A stretch of 63,992 nt of DNA, the filler included, from Diploschistes diacapsis (lineage: Eukaryota), in assembly GCA_023645945.1 (NCBI GenBank). It is 5 parts of 5 records of this genome, joined end to end, with 100 filler letters (N's around TTAATTAATTAA, not from the genome) between each part and the next. Parts side by side here need not be neighbours in the genome. Positions count along the whole stretch, not along the records: positions 39,443 to 52,471 come from JALAIB010000696.1; positions 52,572 to 63,992 come from JALAIB010000833.1; 3 more parts are not named here. One strand, 5' to 3'. A program made the translations under genes and the position numbers. Numbering within the stretch: position 1 is the first letter of the stretch; each line of letters begins with the position of its first letter. Shown here in pieces: positions 50,938-61,700 of the stretch. Below the pieces are notes generated by a model, which did not search any database, was not told where the DNA came from, and saw only the letters and a program-made list of their open reading frames with translations.

Positions 50938-52471
50938 ATGTCTCAAGATGTCGGGGCAGATAAACGGCTAGAGCATTATATCAAAGATCCAATACGGGCA
51001 TCCTTGCGCGCGACCATTAGAGAAAAGAAAACCCATTTCAAACTCCCAACGGATAACTCACACGAGTATCTGTTCAACCTGAGTACGTTGGACGTGTGGG
51101 AAGATGGCAACTCCACTACGGCCGACCACGTGGAGTACATCCCATCGCCGCATTTACCGGACGAGATATTCAAGTCCAACACCTCGCGCAAACGTTTAAA
51201 GGTACGCCTGCTCGTCACCTATCCCCGCTTCTCCGTCTGGGATCCCAATTACGATGGCGCGAAGCAAGTGCACTACCTTCCCTTCATGCCCCACGACATG
51301 TTCGACCTGATAGAGGGCTACCACCTCCCGCACGAATGGCTTCAACTCCGCTATCTCTCCCCCGAGGTGGGCAACTACACGCGCAAGACGGACTGGGGCA
51401 AATCGACGCGCCCCCACCGCATCGGCATCGTCATCCACTTTCCGTTCTCCCTCCTTCCCGCACGGCGCTACGACTACCTGGAAGACCTCAAGGAGCACAC
51501 GCCGGACCACCACGACCGCCCGTCCTACCATCCCTTCCGCGACGATCTCTTCCTATGGAACCTCGCCATGTCCTATTCCTTCGACTCCGGGCAGACCCGA
51601 GGCCTGCTGGACGGCGTTCCGGCCCGCGCCCAGCTGGACATCCGCGCGCGCATGTCGCCCGAAACCTCGCCATGGCTGGATCACCCGTTGCACCTCCCCA
51701 AGGTGCTCCTGGACATCCACGTCGACCACATAGCCTGGGAAGTCAACCGCCTCGTCGGCGAGACCGACGACCTCGAGGACTTCTCCAAGAACAGCAAAAA
51801 CAAGGCGCTCGAGGACACCGACAGCATCATCTCCCAGCTCTCCTACATCTCCCGCAGCCTCGACTTCCTCGAGAACCTCACAAACTTTCTGCTCGAGACC
51901 CTCGATTTCTTCGCCGTCACGCTGCCCGAGGACGACGCTTCCCTCGCCGCCTCCGCCCACGCCCACGGAAGAGGCAACGGGCTGGCGCATCAAACCTTCA
52001 TCCGCAACACGCACTACCAGATGAAGGAGGACCTCACCAACACGCTGTCGCAGCTGAGGAACAACATCCAGACCTGCGACTACCTCCAGTCCCGCACGGC
52101 CGACTCCCTGAACTACATCTCGGCCCTGTACGACGACGACCAGGCCACCATCTCCGCCCGCGACGCCCGCTCGAACTCCACCATGAGCATCCTGCAGATG
52201 ATCTTCCTCCCCGCCACCGCCGTGGCTGCCATCTGCTCCATGGGCATCTTCAACTGGCAGGCGCCCGCTCCCCCCACGGGCGTCGGCGTGAGTCCGTACA
52301 TCTGGATATACTGGGTCGTCTCCGTTCTCGCCACCCTGCTCACGATATTGGTGTGGGCCTTTTGGATACGGAGGCAGGGCAGGAGGCAGAGGCCGGAAGA
52401 GGTGGAGGAGAGGGACAAGCTGACGGAGCAGAGGTACAGGGAGCGGGTGGCGAGGGAGAGGGAGTGGGTGG
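50938..52471 (+). CDS. CorA-like membrane protein (fungal family with two C-terminal TM helices), 3'-truncated
   Basis: WLDHPLHLP, coiled helices, then ARDARSNSTMSILQMIFLPATAVAAICSMGIF and IWIYWVVSVLATLLTILVW. It lacks the canonical GMN motif. Confidence 0.75.
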
Positions 52472-52571
52472 NNNNNNNNNNNNNNNNNNNNNNNNNNNNN
52501 NNNNNNNNNNNNNNNTTAATTAATTAANNNNNNNNNNNNNNNNNNNNNNNNNNNNNNNNNNNNNNNNNNNN
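52472..52571. other. Artificial contig-joining linker
   Basis: N44-TTAATTAATTAA-N44. Confidence 0.98.
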
Positions 52572-52856
52572 GGGATACTGGAGGATGAACCGGGGACGAA
52601 GAATGCGAAGCTGTACCTCGTGTTGACGGTCGGTGGGGGGCAGGTGAGTGGTGGGGATATTACGGGAATGGTGAGGGGAATGGAGAATGTGGATGTGGTG
52701 GATGCGAGGAGGAGAGTGGAGAGGAAGAGAAAGGCTGGGGAGAAGAAGGGCGGTAGGGCGTGGATATTGCAGAGGAAGGAGAAGATGGAGAGGAAAGGAA
52801 AGGTTGTTAAGAATAGCTCGAAATATACGGGCAGGAATAGGGGGCCTAAGTTCTAA
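52572..52856 (+). CDS. BUD23: 18S rRNA m7G methyltransferase Bud23/WBSCR22, C-terminal fragment
   Basis: KNAKLYLVLTVGG...WILQRKEKMERKGKVVKNSSKYTGRNRGPKF. Confidence 0.85.
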   Translation, partial: GILEDEPGTKNAKLYLVLTVGGGQVSGGDITGMVRGMENVDVVDARRRVERKRKAGEKKGGRAWILQRKEKMERKGKVVKNSSKYTGRNRGPKF

Positions 52857-53089
52857 GGTTGGGGGTCTTCTGCAAAGTTATGGTTGCTATTTGCGCTTCT
52901 AGCGAGGAGTTGGGGGGTTCTAAACTCAGGGTACTTCGTAGCTCCGTGCCGCAAAGGCGATAGACGTTTCATAAGTCTTAATGCTTTGTAACTGTATAAA
53001 TACACACTCCATACGATTCTTTCTTTTTCTTAGGACAACAGACCTACTTGTAAAGCAATATATGTACAACAAATGTCGGAGTTGCGCTC

Positions 53090-54529
53090 CTACGTGTCCA
53101 TATGGTCTAGAACCGCACGGGTGAATTCGTGTGTCGTGGCATTTCCTCCCATATCCCGTGTCCTTGTTTTTCTGAATCCACGTTAGCTTTGTGCTGACCG
53201 AACCAGAGAGTTGCCAATACCCTTGAGAAATAACGTCGTACACTGCCTTAGAGATATGATTCGCGTGCTCGTCGAGGCCGAGATGTCTAAGGAGCATCGA
53301 GCCGGAGAGGATCATTGCAGTTGGGTTGGCCTGGTCCTTGCCCTTGATATCTAGACCCACGTGACGGCATCCTGGCTCAAAGACAGCGACTTCTCGGCCC
53401 ATGTTGCAACCTGGGACAATACCCGGCCCGCCGACGAGAGCGGCTCCAATGTTAGACAAAATGCCTCCATATAAGTTGGGCATGACCATGACATCGAACT
53501 GCTGCGGCCTAGAGACAGCTTGCATTGAGGCGTTGTCGACGATCATGTCGTTCGTTTCTAGCGTGGGGTATTCCTGCGCAACGGCCTGGAATGTGTTCCT
53601 GAAGAGACCATCCGCGAGCTTCATGATATTTGCCTTATGTATACACGTGACTTTCTTGCGGTTATTGGCTAGCGCGAAGCTAAACGCAAACTTAGCTATC
53701 CGTTCGGACTTTGCCCTAGTGATGATCTTGAGAGACTCGACAACCCCGGACACGGACTGATGCTCGAGACCAGAGTATTCTCCTTCGGTGTTTTCGCGGA
53801 TAATGCACAGATCAACATTGTCGTGACGAGTTTTGTACCCTGGGATGTTCTTGATAAGGACTATAGAGGCGTAGATGTCGAGTTCCTGGCGTAAGGCGAC
53901 ATTGAAGGATTGATGTCCTGATCTCTCGATTGGCGTATGTAGGATACCTATCTGTCATTAGACACTCTTAGATAGCCTGTTGTATCCCGCCAGATCCCAG
54001 CGTACCCTTTAGACCAATCTTGTTTCTCTTTAGCGACGCAATCGATTCTCGAAACAGCTCCTCGGTGTGTTTGTCACCACTTTCCATACCCGTCACGTCC
54101 ACTTGTTCCCATTCGATTGGGACATTGTCAGCTTTGAAGATGGTTTTGACAGACTCCGCGACTTCGGCACCGATACCATCACCTATAGAGTTTAGCAATC
54201 GTTTCAATGCCGCGATGCACAGCGCCTCATACCTGGAACGAGTGTTACGGTATATTTTCCACCGAATCTCGTCGGTCTGAAGGCATCAGAGTGAACAGTC
54301 GCCATTGCTAAAGGTGAGGTTAGCCTTTTTCAGAACTATTGACTGGAGGAATCTCGGTCTCCGACTAACACCTAGTTGCCCAAGAAGAGCGTGTGCATAT
54401 CTGAGGAGCTCCAGCGCCCCGCAAGAGCGACTGTAGAACATGCGCATTAGATAATCATATCTCCGGTTTGAAGAAATCCACACTAGCAGAACATACCTGA
54501 GCTCTGCTTAAAGACTGTCGTGCGATCAT
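53090..54529 (-). CDS. IDH1: NAD-dependent isocitrate dehydrogenase subunit 1, mitochondrial, multi-exon
   Basis: GGKYTVTLVPG|DGIGAEV, IHKANIMKLADGLF, EPGCRHVGLDIKG, and last exon TRDMGGNATTHEFTRAVLD. Confidence 0.93.
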
Positions 54530-54994
54530 GTTTGCGACTGGATAGGTGAAATGTTAATGAGATTCGAATGATGAGAGGTAGAATCAAAGCTCCGAAGGAA
54601 AGCGAACTTGCGCGTTAGATTCAGCCCTATGATTGGCTGCCACAACGTCCGAGGTTCTTCCATGGGGTTACACACATGAAGTATTTACAGACTAGTTTGT
54701 AGCAAAAATACTACAGGAGGGAGCCTGAACTGCTTTGTATTGGATGTGGTAATGATTGCAAAGTGCTCCGGGAGATTATACAACTGTTAGATATTAGGCT
54801 ATGATCTTAAACAAGTAACTCAGTGCGAATAGCCTAGAGGGGTTTTCATGGTAGAGTATTATTGTCTCATTACTTTCACTTATTATTAGTATTGTAGCTA
54901 TCCCGTGGCACCTTCACATATCCTTCCCTACCGGAACCGATGGATGACGCAGAAAGGGGGAATCTTAACGTTAAAGAAACACAAACAACATAGA

Positions 54995-56053
54995 TTACAT
55001 CTCCTCATTTTCGCCCATGATCTGCTTGCGTATGAACTCAGCTATGGCATCAAAGTACCCAGGCTCAGCCACTGAGCTGTTGTGGTCGCCTTTGGGAAAC
55101 TCGCTCCAGACCTTGGTGCTAGACCGGCATATAGAATACAGATGCTTCATGTGGGCGGGACTACCGGATGTAAAGTTAGCTAGAGACACGTTTAGACGGG
55201 GAGAATGCCAAACTTACGGCACTATTTCATCCTTGATACCGCTGAGAAAGAGGATTGGCATCTCAGTGATTTGAGGCATGGTTTCCTCACTAGGCCAGAT
55301 TTGGTGACAAAGAGGGGCAAGGTATTTTGCAGGCGGGAACGCACTGAGGAAAGTTAGCTCATAATAGCCAAAGGTTTAGGACGCTCTACATACTATGGTA
55401 CCATCTTACGTATCGACAGAAACGTATTCTCCAATATCAGTCCTGCAATGTCGCCAGCGCGCTGATTCCTGGCACAAAGCTGAATAGCGACTGCACCTCC
55501 CAGGCTCTGACCGTAAACAACAATACTGGTGTTTTTGGTCTCGTTGTTATTCCTTATCCAGTCGAGACCGGTCTGGGCGTCGACGTTTAGACCCTTCTCG
55601 TCTGGCGTACCTGTCGAAAGCCCGTAGCCCCGGTATTCTAGCATCACAACGTTCAAATGGATGTGTTCTGCAAGGACCCTGGCAATGGGGAGGCGGTGAC
55701 CGATGTTACCGGCGTTGCCGTGAAACATGAGTACCGTGATGTTTCTGGCAGTACTCCTATTGGACGGCCGAACAAAGTAGCCATGGATGGTCTCGCCATC
55801 TGGTGTTGGTAGTTGTAGGGACTCGTAGTTCGTTATTTTGAATTGTTCTGGGGTTGGACTTTGACCTTCCACTCTAGATCCTGCGGGGATGTTCCGGGGG
55901 TATATGAGTTCACTAGTAAAGTTTAACTTTATCAACTTGAGGGGATGATGCTTCATACTTTTGTTTGAAGTAGAGTAAAGTACTACCGAGACCTGCGATT
56001 ACAGAGGACGCAATGATCGGGATTCGAAGCCATTGTGCAACGTTGGAAGCCAT
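54995..56053 (-). CDS. bem46: BEM46-family alpha/beta hydrolase, 4 exons
   Basis: N-terminal TM LLYFKQ|ELIYPR, FHGNAGNIG, YRGYG, the nucleophile elbow GQSLGG, ENTF, D..VP and GDHN. Confidence 0.9.
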
Positions 56054-56594
56054 TCCCAGTAGCCAGGTGTAGTTGTATATGAAGGGAGATATGGAAGGGG
56101 TTTATCGGCTACTGGATAGTCTAACTTCTAAAGAGCCACAGATGCTTCAATCGGCGTTCGTAAAGGTGGATTTGCTAGCTTCCTTGTAAAGTACGACTTA
56201 AACTTAAAAGATGGTGACTGTTCATGAGTCTAAATTCATGGTCCGTAAAGTCACCAGAGCCATTCTGAGCCTAGCGAAATACACCTGGAAGATGGCTACC
56301 GTTGAGGATCCGACCCTAGTTAACCGTGTTCGGAGATCCTTTCGGAGATAATCGTGCGGCTCAACCGGGACGATCGATGCGCTAGCAGAGTCTCGGCCCG
56401 CTGAATCATCATTCTTGGCATTCGAAGTTCGAATCAGGTATGCAGCTCATCTGGAACTCCGCGTAGTTCTCTGGTGCCTTGATACGACATCCTCACAAAC
56501 CCATCTCTACAGGCCCTCATCTGCTAGATACACACATTTGAAGCTTTCTACCTCCTTGTCAAAGTCAAGAAGATCGAACGTTGTAGTGCTCAGT

Positions 56595-57482
56595 ATGGCG
56601 TTTACAGGATACTTGAGCGAAGGTTAGGAGGTCACTGTTGAGGGCTGGACTAGCTGACAAGAGGAATAGATGGTATTCATGTAGACATGAACCACCTCAA
56701 GACTGGGGAGGTCAAGTAAGTCCGCCCTTGCAATCAAAGCTCCTGATCAATCTGACACTCTTGTTAGTCTAGGAACATCGATGTTAGCTCTCTTCTACCA
56801 GCTCTTCATACCTACCCTGACCGCCCGAACAGTATGGCTATAACTTTCAAAGACGGTGTAATATTAGGTGCCGATAGTCGAACAACCACAGGCGCATACA
56901 TTGCGAACAGAGTCACAGACAAGCTTACACAAGTCCATGATACAATATGGTGTTGCCGCTCCGGTTCGGCAGCAGACACTCAAGCAGTGGCGGATATTGT
57001 GCAATACTATCTGGGCATGTATGGAATCACCAACAACGAGCCACCAACCACGCAAATCGCCGCCTCTTTTTTCCAAGAAATGTGCTACAGCAACAAGGAT
57101 ACGCTAAGGTCGGTTCAAAAACTCATCAATCGAGAGGTTTCTGTAGCTCACGCTTCACAGTGCTGGCATAATAATAGCAGGCTATGATCACCGACATGGA
57201 GGCCAGGTATACTCTATACCGCTCGGTGGATCCTTACACAAGCAATCCTATGCTATCGGTGGCTCCGGTTCTACCTATATCTATGGATACTGCGACGCAA
57301 ATTGGAAGGAGGACATGACAGAGGAAGAAGGAATCGAGTTCGTCAAGGGGTCACTGAAAGAAGCGATCAAGTGGGACGGTAGCTCAGGAGGTGTTATCAG
57401 GATGGTCGTACTGACAGCCAAGGGAGCTGTGCGACATCTTTATTTGCCGGACAATGGTTACACGGGCCCTGGGACGAAGTAG
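56595..57482 (+). CDS. PRE3: 20S proteasome beta1 subunit, multi-exon
   Basis: [61 protein letters not shown] and [11 protein letters not shown]. Confidence 0.95.
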
Positions 57483-58472
57483 GCGGAGGGCGCTCGAGAC
57501 CGCAACGGCGACGCACGACATCAGTCTGAAGCGCTGCACAGGGCAAGTGCGGTGCAGATACGACTATATGTTCTACTGGATCGAGGTTGGTTCCCGCACT
57601 AGCCATTCTCATGCCAGGGCGATGCTTGCGCGTCACCGCGGCCAACTGGATGCGCCAACACTCTAGGAAATTGTTCTTTCACATTGGCGCTAGCGCATTG
57701 CTTTCAGCAGAAGGCCTTATTTTATAGGGCTTTGGAACTGAAGCAACAGATCTAAGGGCATATAGATGGGTCTCATTCATCCGAACTTTCCATCAATAAT
57801 CTATAAAGTCACTCAGTAGTTCTGAAGTACTCTGAACGTGTTGGGCAGCGGACGCGTAGGAGGAAATCAGGGTCTTGGCTTGACGATTGACCCGATCCAC
57901 CCCTTCTACGCGTACCACTCCGTATCCGCACGCAACTTTACTGCTCGTATCCCCTTCACCCAGAACTTTAACCTTTTCCTCATCTAGGTGGTTCAAGCTG
58001 TTAAATGCCATCCTTTTCCTGGGAGTCCTCCTATGCAATTTCTGTCAGCTCTTTTGGCTGACCTGACTTTTTAGGCTTATCACTTGCGACAGGCCTTTTC
58101 CTTCAAGATTGGCGAGGCGTTCTGGGTTTATCTAAGGCGCCGGCAGCCAAAGCCAGACCACAACATCCTACAGCCCATCCCCTGGATTCCTACATCGAAC
58201 ACTTTTTTCTATCCCTACTAATTCAGAGACACTTCGATCTTGACTCACTTCTGCCAGCAATTCATCCTATCGGAGCCTAGTAACAGTTAGAGTGTGTCCT
58301 TTGTACTCCGCCACATCCCCCTTCAGTTTTGACTGCCCTCCTGTGTCCCAGGCCCAACAGAAGCCGCGTTCTACAAAACCAGCATCTTGCACTCCAAAGT
58401 CGGTTTGCTCATCGAATCACTGACCACGGTCATCTACTCGACATCAATTTTGATGTACTTGCCAAGACAAAT

Positions 58473-59967
58473 ATGGGTTCAGTAGCTATCGAGGATGTCG
58501 GCGCAGATATCTCGAGGTACCCTTATGCAGGAATGAGTGATGATATTCACGATAGAGAAAGAGCTAGAGCCGAGAGACGTCGCAATCCGTCTAACCAACG
58601 TCACAACCAACAATCTACGAACTACCCTTATTCTTCAGTCCATCATCCCTCGGTGGCGGCACCTCAACTGAACACTCAGAATGTCTCCTCGAATTATGGA
58701 AACTCACCATCACAACAATCGCAACGGACGACCTCTTCTCGGGCACTTGAGAGTGCGCTACCTGCTGCGCGAGCGATTGTCGGTAATGCTGATGCTGTTG
58801 GTGCACACTCGAACGATTCTACTGCAGCAAGGAGCAAACGGCATGATGAAGAGGATACCTACAGTGGGTCAGATGTGAATATGACGGAGGACTCGGAGGC
58901 GCCTGTTGCATCCCCACCTTCTCCACAGTTACTGCCCACGGTTCGATCTTCGTTGCAGCTATCGCAGTCCAGTGCTGGTTCGCCAACCCGCATAAAGATC
59001 AAAAGTTTGAGTCACATTCATTCTTTTGCGAGTGAGGACGCATTGACGAGGTCTCAACACGGGGCGCGTAGCCTAGATCTGAAAAAGCCTGGGGGACCAC
59101 AGTACGAAATAAGCGAAATGCCTGTTACCGATATCATCGAGATGGTTGCGGGTTTGTTGACCAGGATCACGACCCAGAACGATAGGCAATCCCAGCATGA
59201 AAACATTAACCGTCATATTCCCGCACCGGAGGGCAAATCAGCTGTCAGCCAGCAAGCGGCCAGTGTTCTCTCTTTTCACGGAAAAAACGTACCAAGTATC
59301 ACCATCCTCAGTTATTTGAGTCGCATCCACAAATACTGCCCAACCACCTATGAAGTTTTCCTTAGTCTTTTGGTCTATTTTGACCGCATGACTTCGACAA
59401 TCAGTAAGGAGACGCTCACGAGCTTCAAGAGTGCTGCAAAGTCCGCTGAAAGGGAGATCCTATCTCCAGGTAGCACAACCTCGCTCCAAGCCGAAATGCT
59501 TGATGCACAGACCAAGACTCGCGCATCCCAGGCTTGGACACGGTCTGCTCCTTCGAATGCGCCGGGATCGGATAGTGAGGAAGACTCGGATAAGCTACCT
59601 AATCACTTTGTGATTGATAGTTTCAATATTCACAGGCTGGTAATTGCCGGAGTCGCCTGCGCTTCAAAGTTTTTCTCCGACATTTTCTATACAAATTCGC
59701 GCTATGCGAAGGTAACTACAAGATCCTGGCTAGGAAAACAACATTACTAATATGCTCCAGGTTGGCGGGTTACCAATTCATGAGTTGAACCATCTTGAGC
59801 TCCAATTCCTCCTCCTAAACGACTTCCGTCTCTCCGTGCCCGTAGAAGAGCTCGAAGCATACGGCAGCATGCTTGTTGAATTCTACGCTAGCGAAGTTGT
59901 GGCTCAACAGATGTCACAAACGGAATCGGACGATCTCTACATGCAATCATCGTCCTCGTCGACCTGA
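58473..59967 (+). CDS. Pho80-family cyclin (Pcl6/Pcl7-like)
   Basis: FHGKNVPSITILSYLSRIHKYCP and SFNIHRLVIAG..ASKFFSDIFYTNSRYAK|VGGLP..ELNHLE. Intron 59712-59760. Confidence 0.9.
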
Positions 59968-60477
59968 GACTGATGTTGCCACGATAGGACTCTTCAACAT
60001 GCATAGGCAAGTTGAGACTCATTTGCCATCGACTTGCCGAGTTTGAATTGCAGCAACGCGTTCACGAGCATGGGAAGGGACAAACACGACTTAATGACGG
60101 GAGGTGGATTGGAGCGCTAGCATTAATCAAGACTTGGGGTGCCAGAGCCTTTTCTACCTTCTCAGGATACGGAACGGTGACTGTTGCCGCTTCTAGCTAG
60201 CCTGGACGCGCACGACATACTGGGCCCCTGAGAGGGTTCTTACGACACGATAGACTATTGGTATTTACTTCTAACACCACTCTAGCAACCTTGCTAGTTA
60301 TAGCATGGTCAGCACTTCTTGCATCAAACAATTACTTCTTTGAGCAGACAGAGATATGGTAATGACCAATACACCCGCTTACAAGCTATATACAATTGCT
60401 TACAAACGAAATCCCTTGCCATGCCACATCCACCCACTCTCTCCTGTCCCTTGCCATCTCATAACTTCCCCCCACCC

Positions 60478-61434
60478 TTACATCTTCCCCCCCGTCAACT
60501 CCTCCGCAATCTTCTGCAGCCTCTCCCTCGTCATCTCGCTGTATCCATATTTCTGATCCACCGCCGTCCCCAAACTCTGCTCCTTTATGCCCAACAGCAC
60601 CTTGACACTCTCCGGGAACCCCTCCTTATCCCAAATCCCCAAGCCCGGATTATTCACATAGAACGGATCCTCGTCGAACGCCTCCGTGATTCTCCTCTCC
60701 AGTTGCTCGTTCGTGACTATGAAGTCCTTCGCATGCATGTACAGCGTGTGCACATGGTTTCGCTTCTCCGCCTCCTTCTCCGCGACCAGCGCCGCGTAGC
60801 GCGCCCGCCGCGCGGGTAAATCTGCCGCTTTCCGCGCGGCCCATAGGGCGGGTTCGGTCATGTGCGCCATGATGGTCGCGCGAGAGAGGTACTCGTCGTC
60901 CCGCTCTGGTGCTTCGGTGGCCGCTTTGTAGGCGGCCTGTTTCTTCTGGCTGGCGCGCGCGATCCGCGCGTCCGTGATGGTCTTGCGTCGTTTCAGCGTC
61001 CGTAGTCCTTCGCGCAGGTTCTGGCGGCGTAGCGCCGAGCCGGCGGCTTTGAAGTCGATGAGCGCCTGCGCATCCTTGGTTGGGGCTGGATTCTTGCGCG
61101 TTGGGAAGGGCTCCGGGGCTACTTGTGAGAGGTATTCGGGGGAGGTCTTGTCGGTGGTGGAGGTCGGCTTGAAGATCTCGCGGGGCACGGGGAGCGTGCC
61201 TTTCATCCAGCGGAGCCGGACGGCTTGTGGCTGGGGGGGTTGTGGGACGTGGATGAAGTATGGGGATTCCGGAGGGATCTCGCGGCGGATTTGGGGCGAG
61301 GATGGGACGGGTGCGGCGGACGTAGATGTTGAGGTAGAGGCGTGGCGGAGGAAAGATGGGTGGAAGTGATGGGAGCGGGGTTGGGAGAATGGGCTATGCG
61401 CAGAGCACAAAAGTCTTGGGTGGCGCGCAGACAT
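60478..61434 (-). CDS. Probable mitochondrial small-subunit ribosomal protein (mS26-like)
   Basis: Arg/Ser-rich presequence, IPPESPYFIHVP, RRQNLREGL, HTLYMHAKDFI and ELTGGKM. The family assignment is from memory. Confidence 0.55.
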   Translation of the reverse strand: MSARHPRLLCSAHSPFSQPRSHHFHPSFLRHASTSTSTSAAPVPSSPQIRREIPPESPYFIHVPQPPQPQAVRLRWMKGTLPVPREIFKPTSTTDKTSPEYLSQVAPEPFPTRKNPAPTKDAQALIDFKAAGSALRRQNLREGLRTLKRRKTITDARIARASQKKQAAYKAATEAPERDDEYLSRATIMAHMTEPALWAARKAADLPARRARYAALVAEKEAEKRNHVHTLYMHAKDFIVTNEQLERRITEAFDEDPFYVNNPGLGIWDKEGFPESVKVLLGIKEQSLGTAVDQKYGYSEMTRERLQKIAEELTGGKM

Positions 61435-61700
61435 TGCTGCTACCGTGATGGCAGGTTAGATGGATGCGGTAGAATATGGGCTTATAGAAGAGGAATCAAG
61501 GTTGAAGTTGAATCACAAGAAATTTTGGCTGAGTCATCCCGCACCTCCCAAGTTTTGGAGCTTCTGATGCCCGCAAATTCCTCCCAAATTTCGGAAAATA
61601 GGTGCAGTGAAGCACACCTAGAAGTTGCTCGTCATTAAGAAGTTTCTGCGTATACACTTACGTTTTTGCCTTCAAGGCTCACCTGATAGTTATCTTTGAA

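Noticed and set aside
13058..52571. Regularly spaced TTAATTAATTAA motif flanked by Ns every ~13.1 kb
   Set aside because: It is an artificial linker. The spacing reflects contigs sorted by length (13046, 13039, 13029 bp), so adjacency across linkers has no biological meaning.
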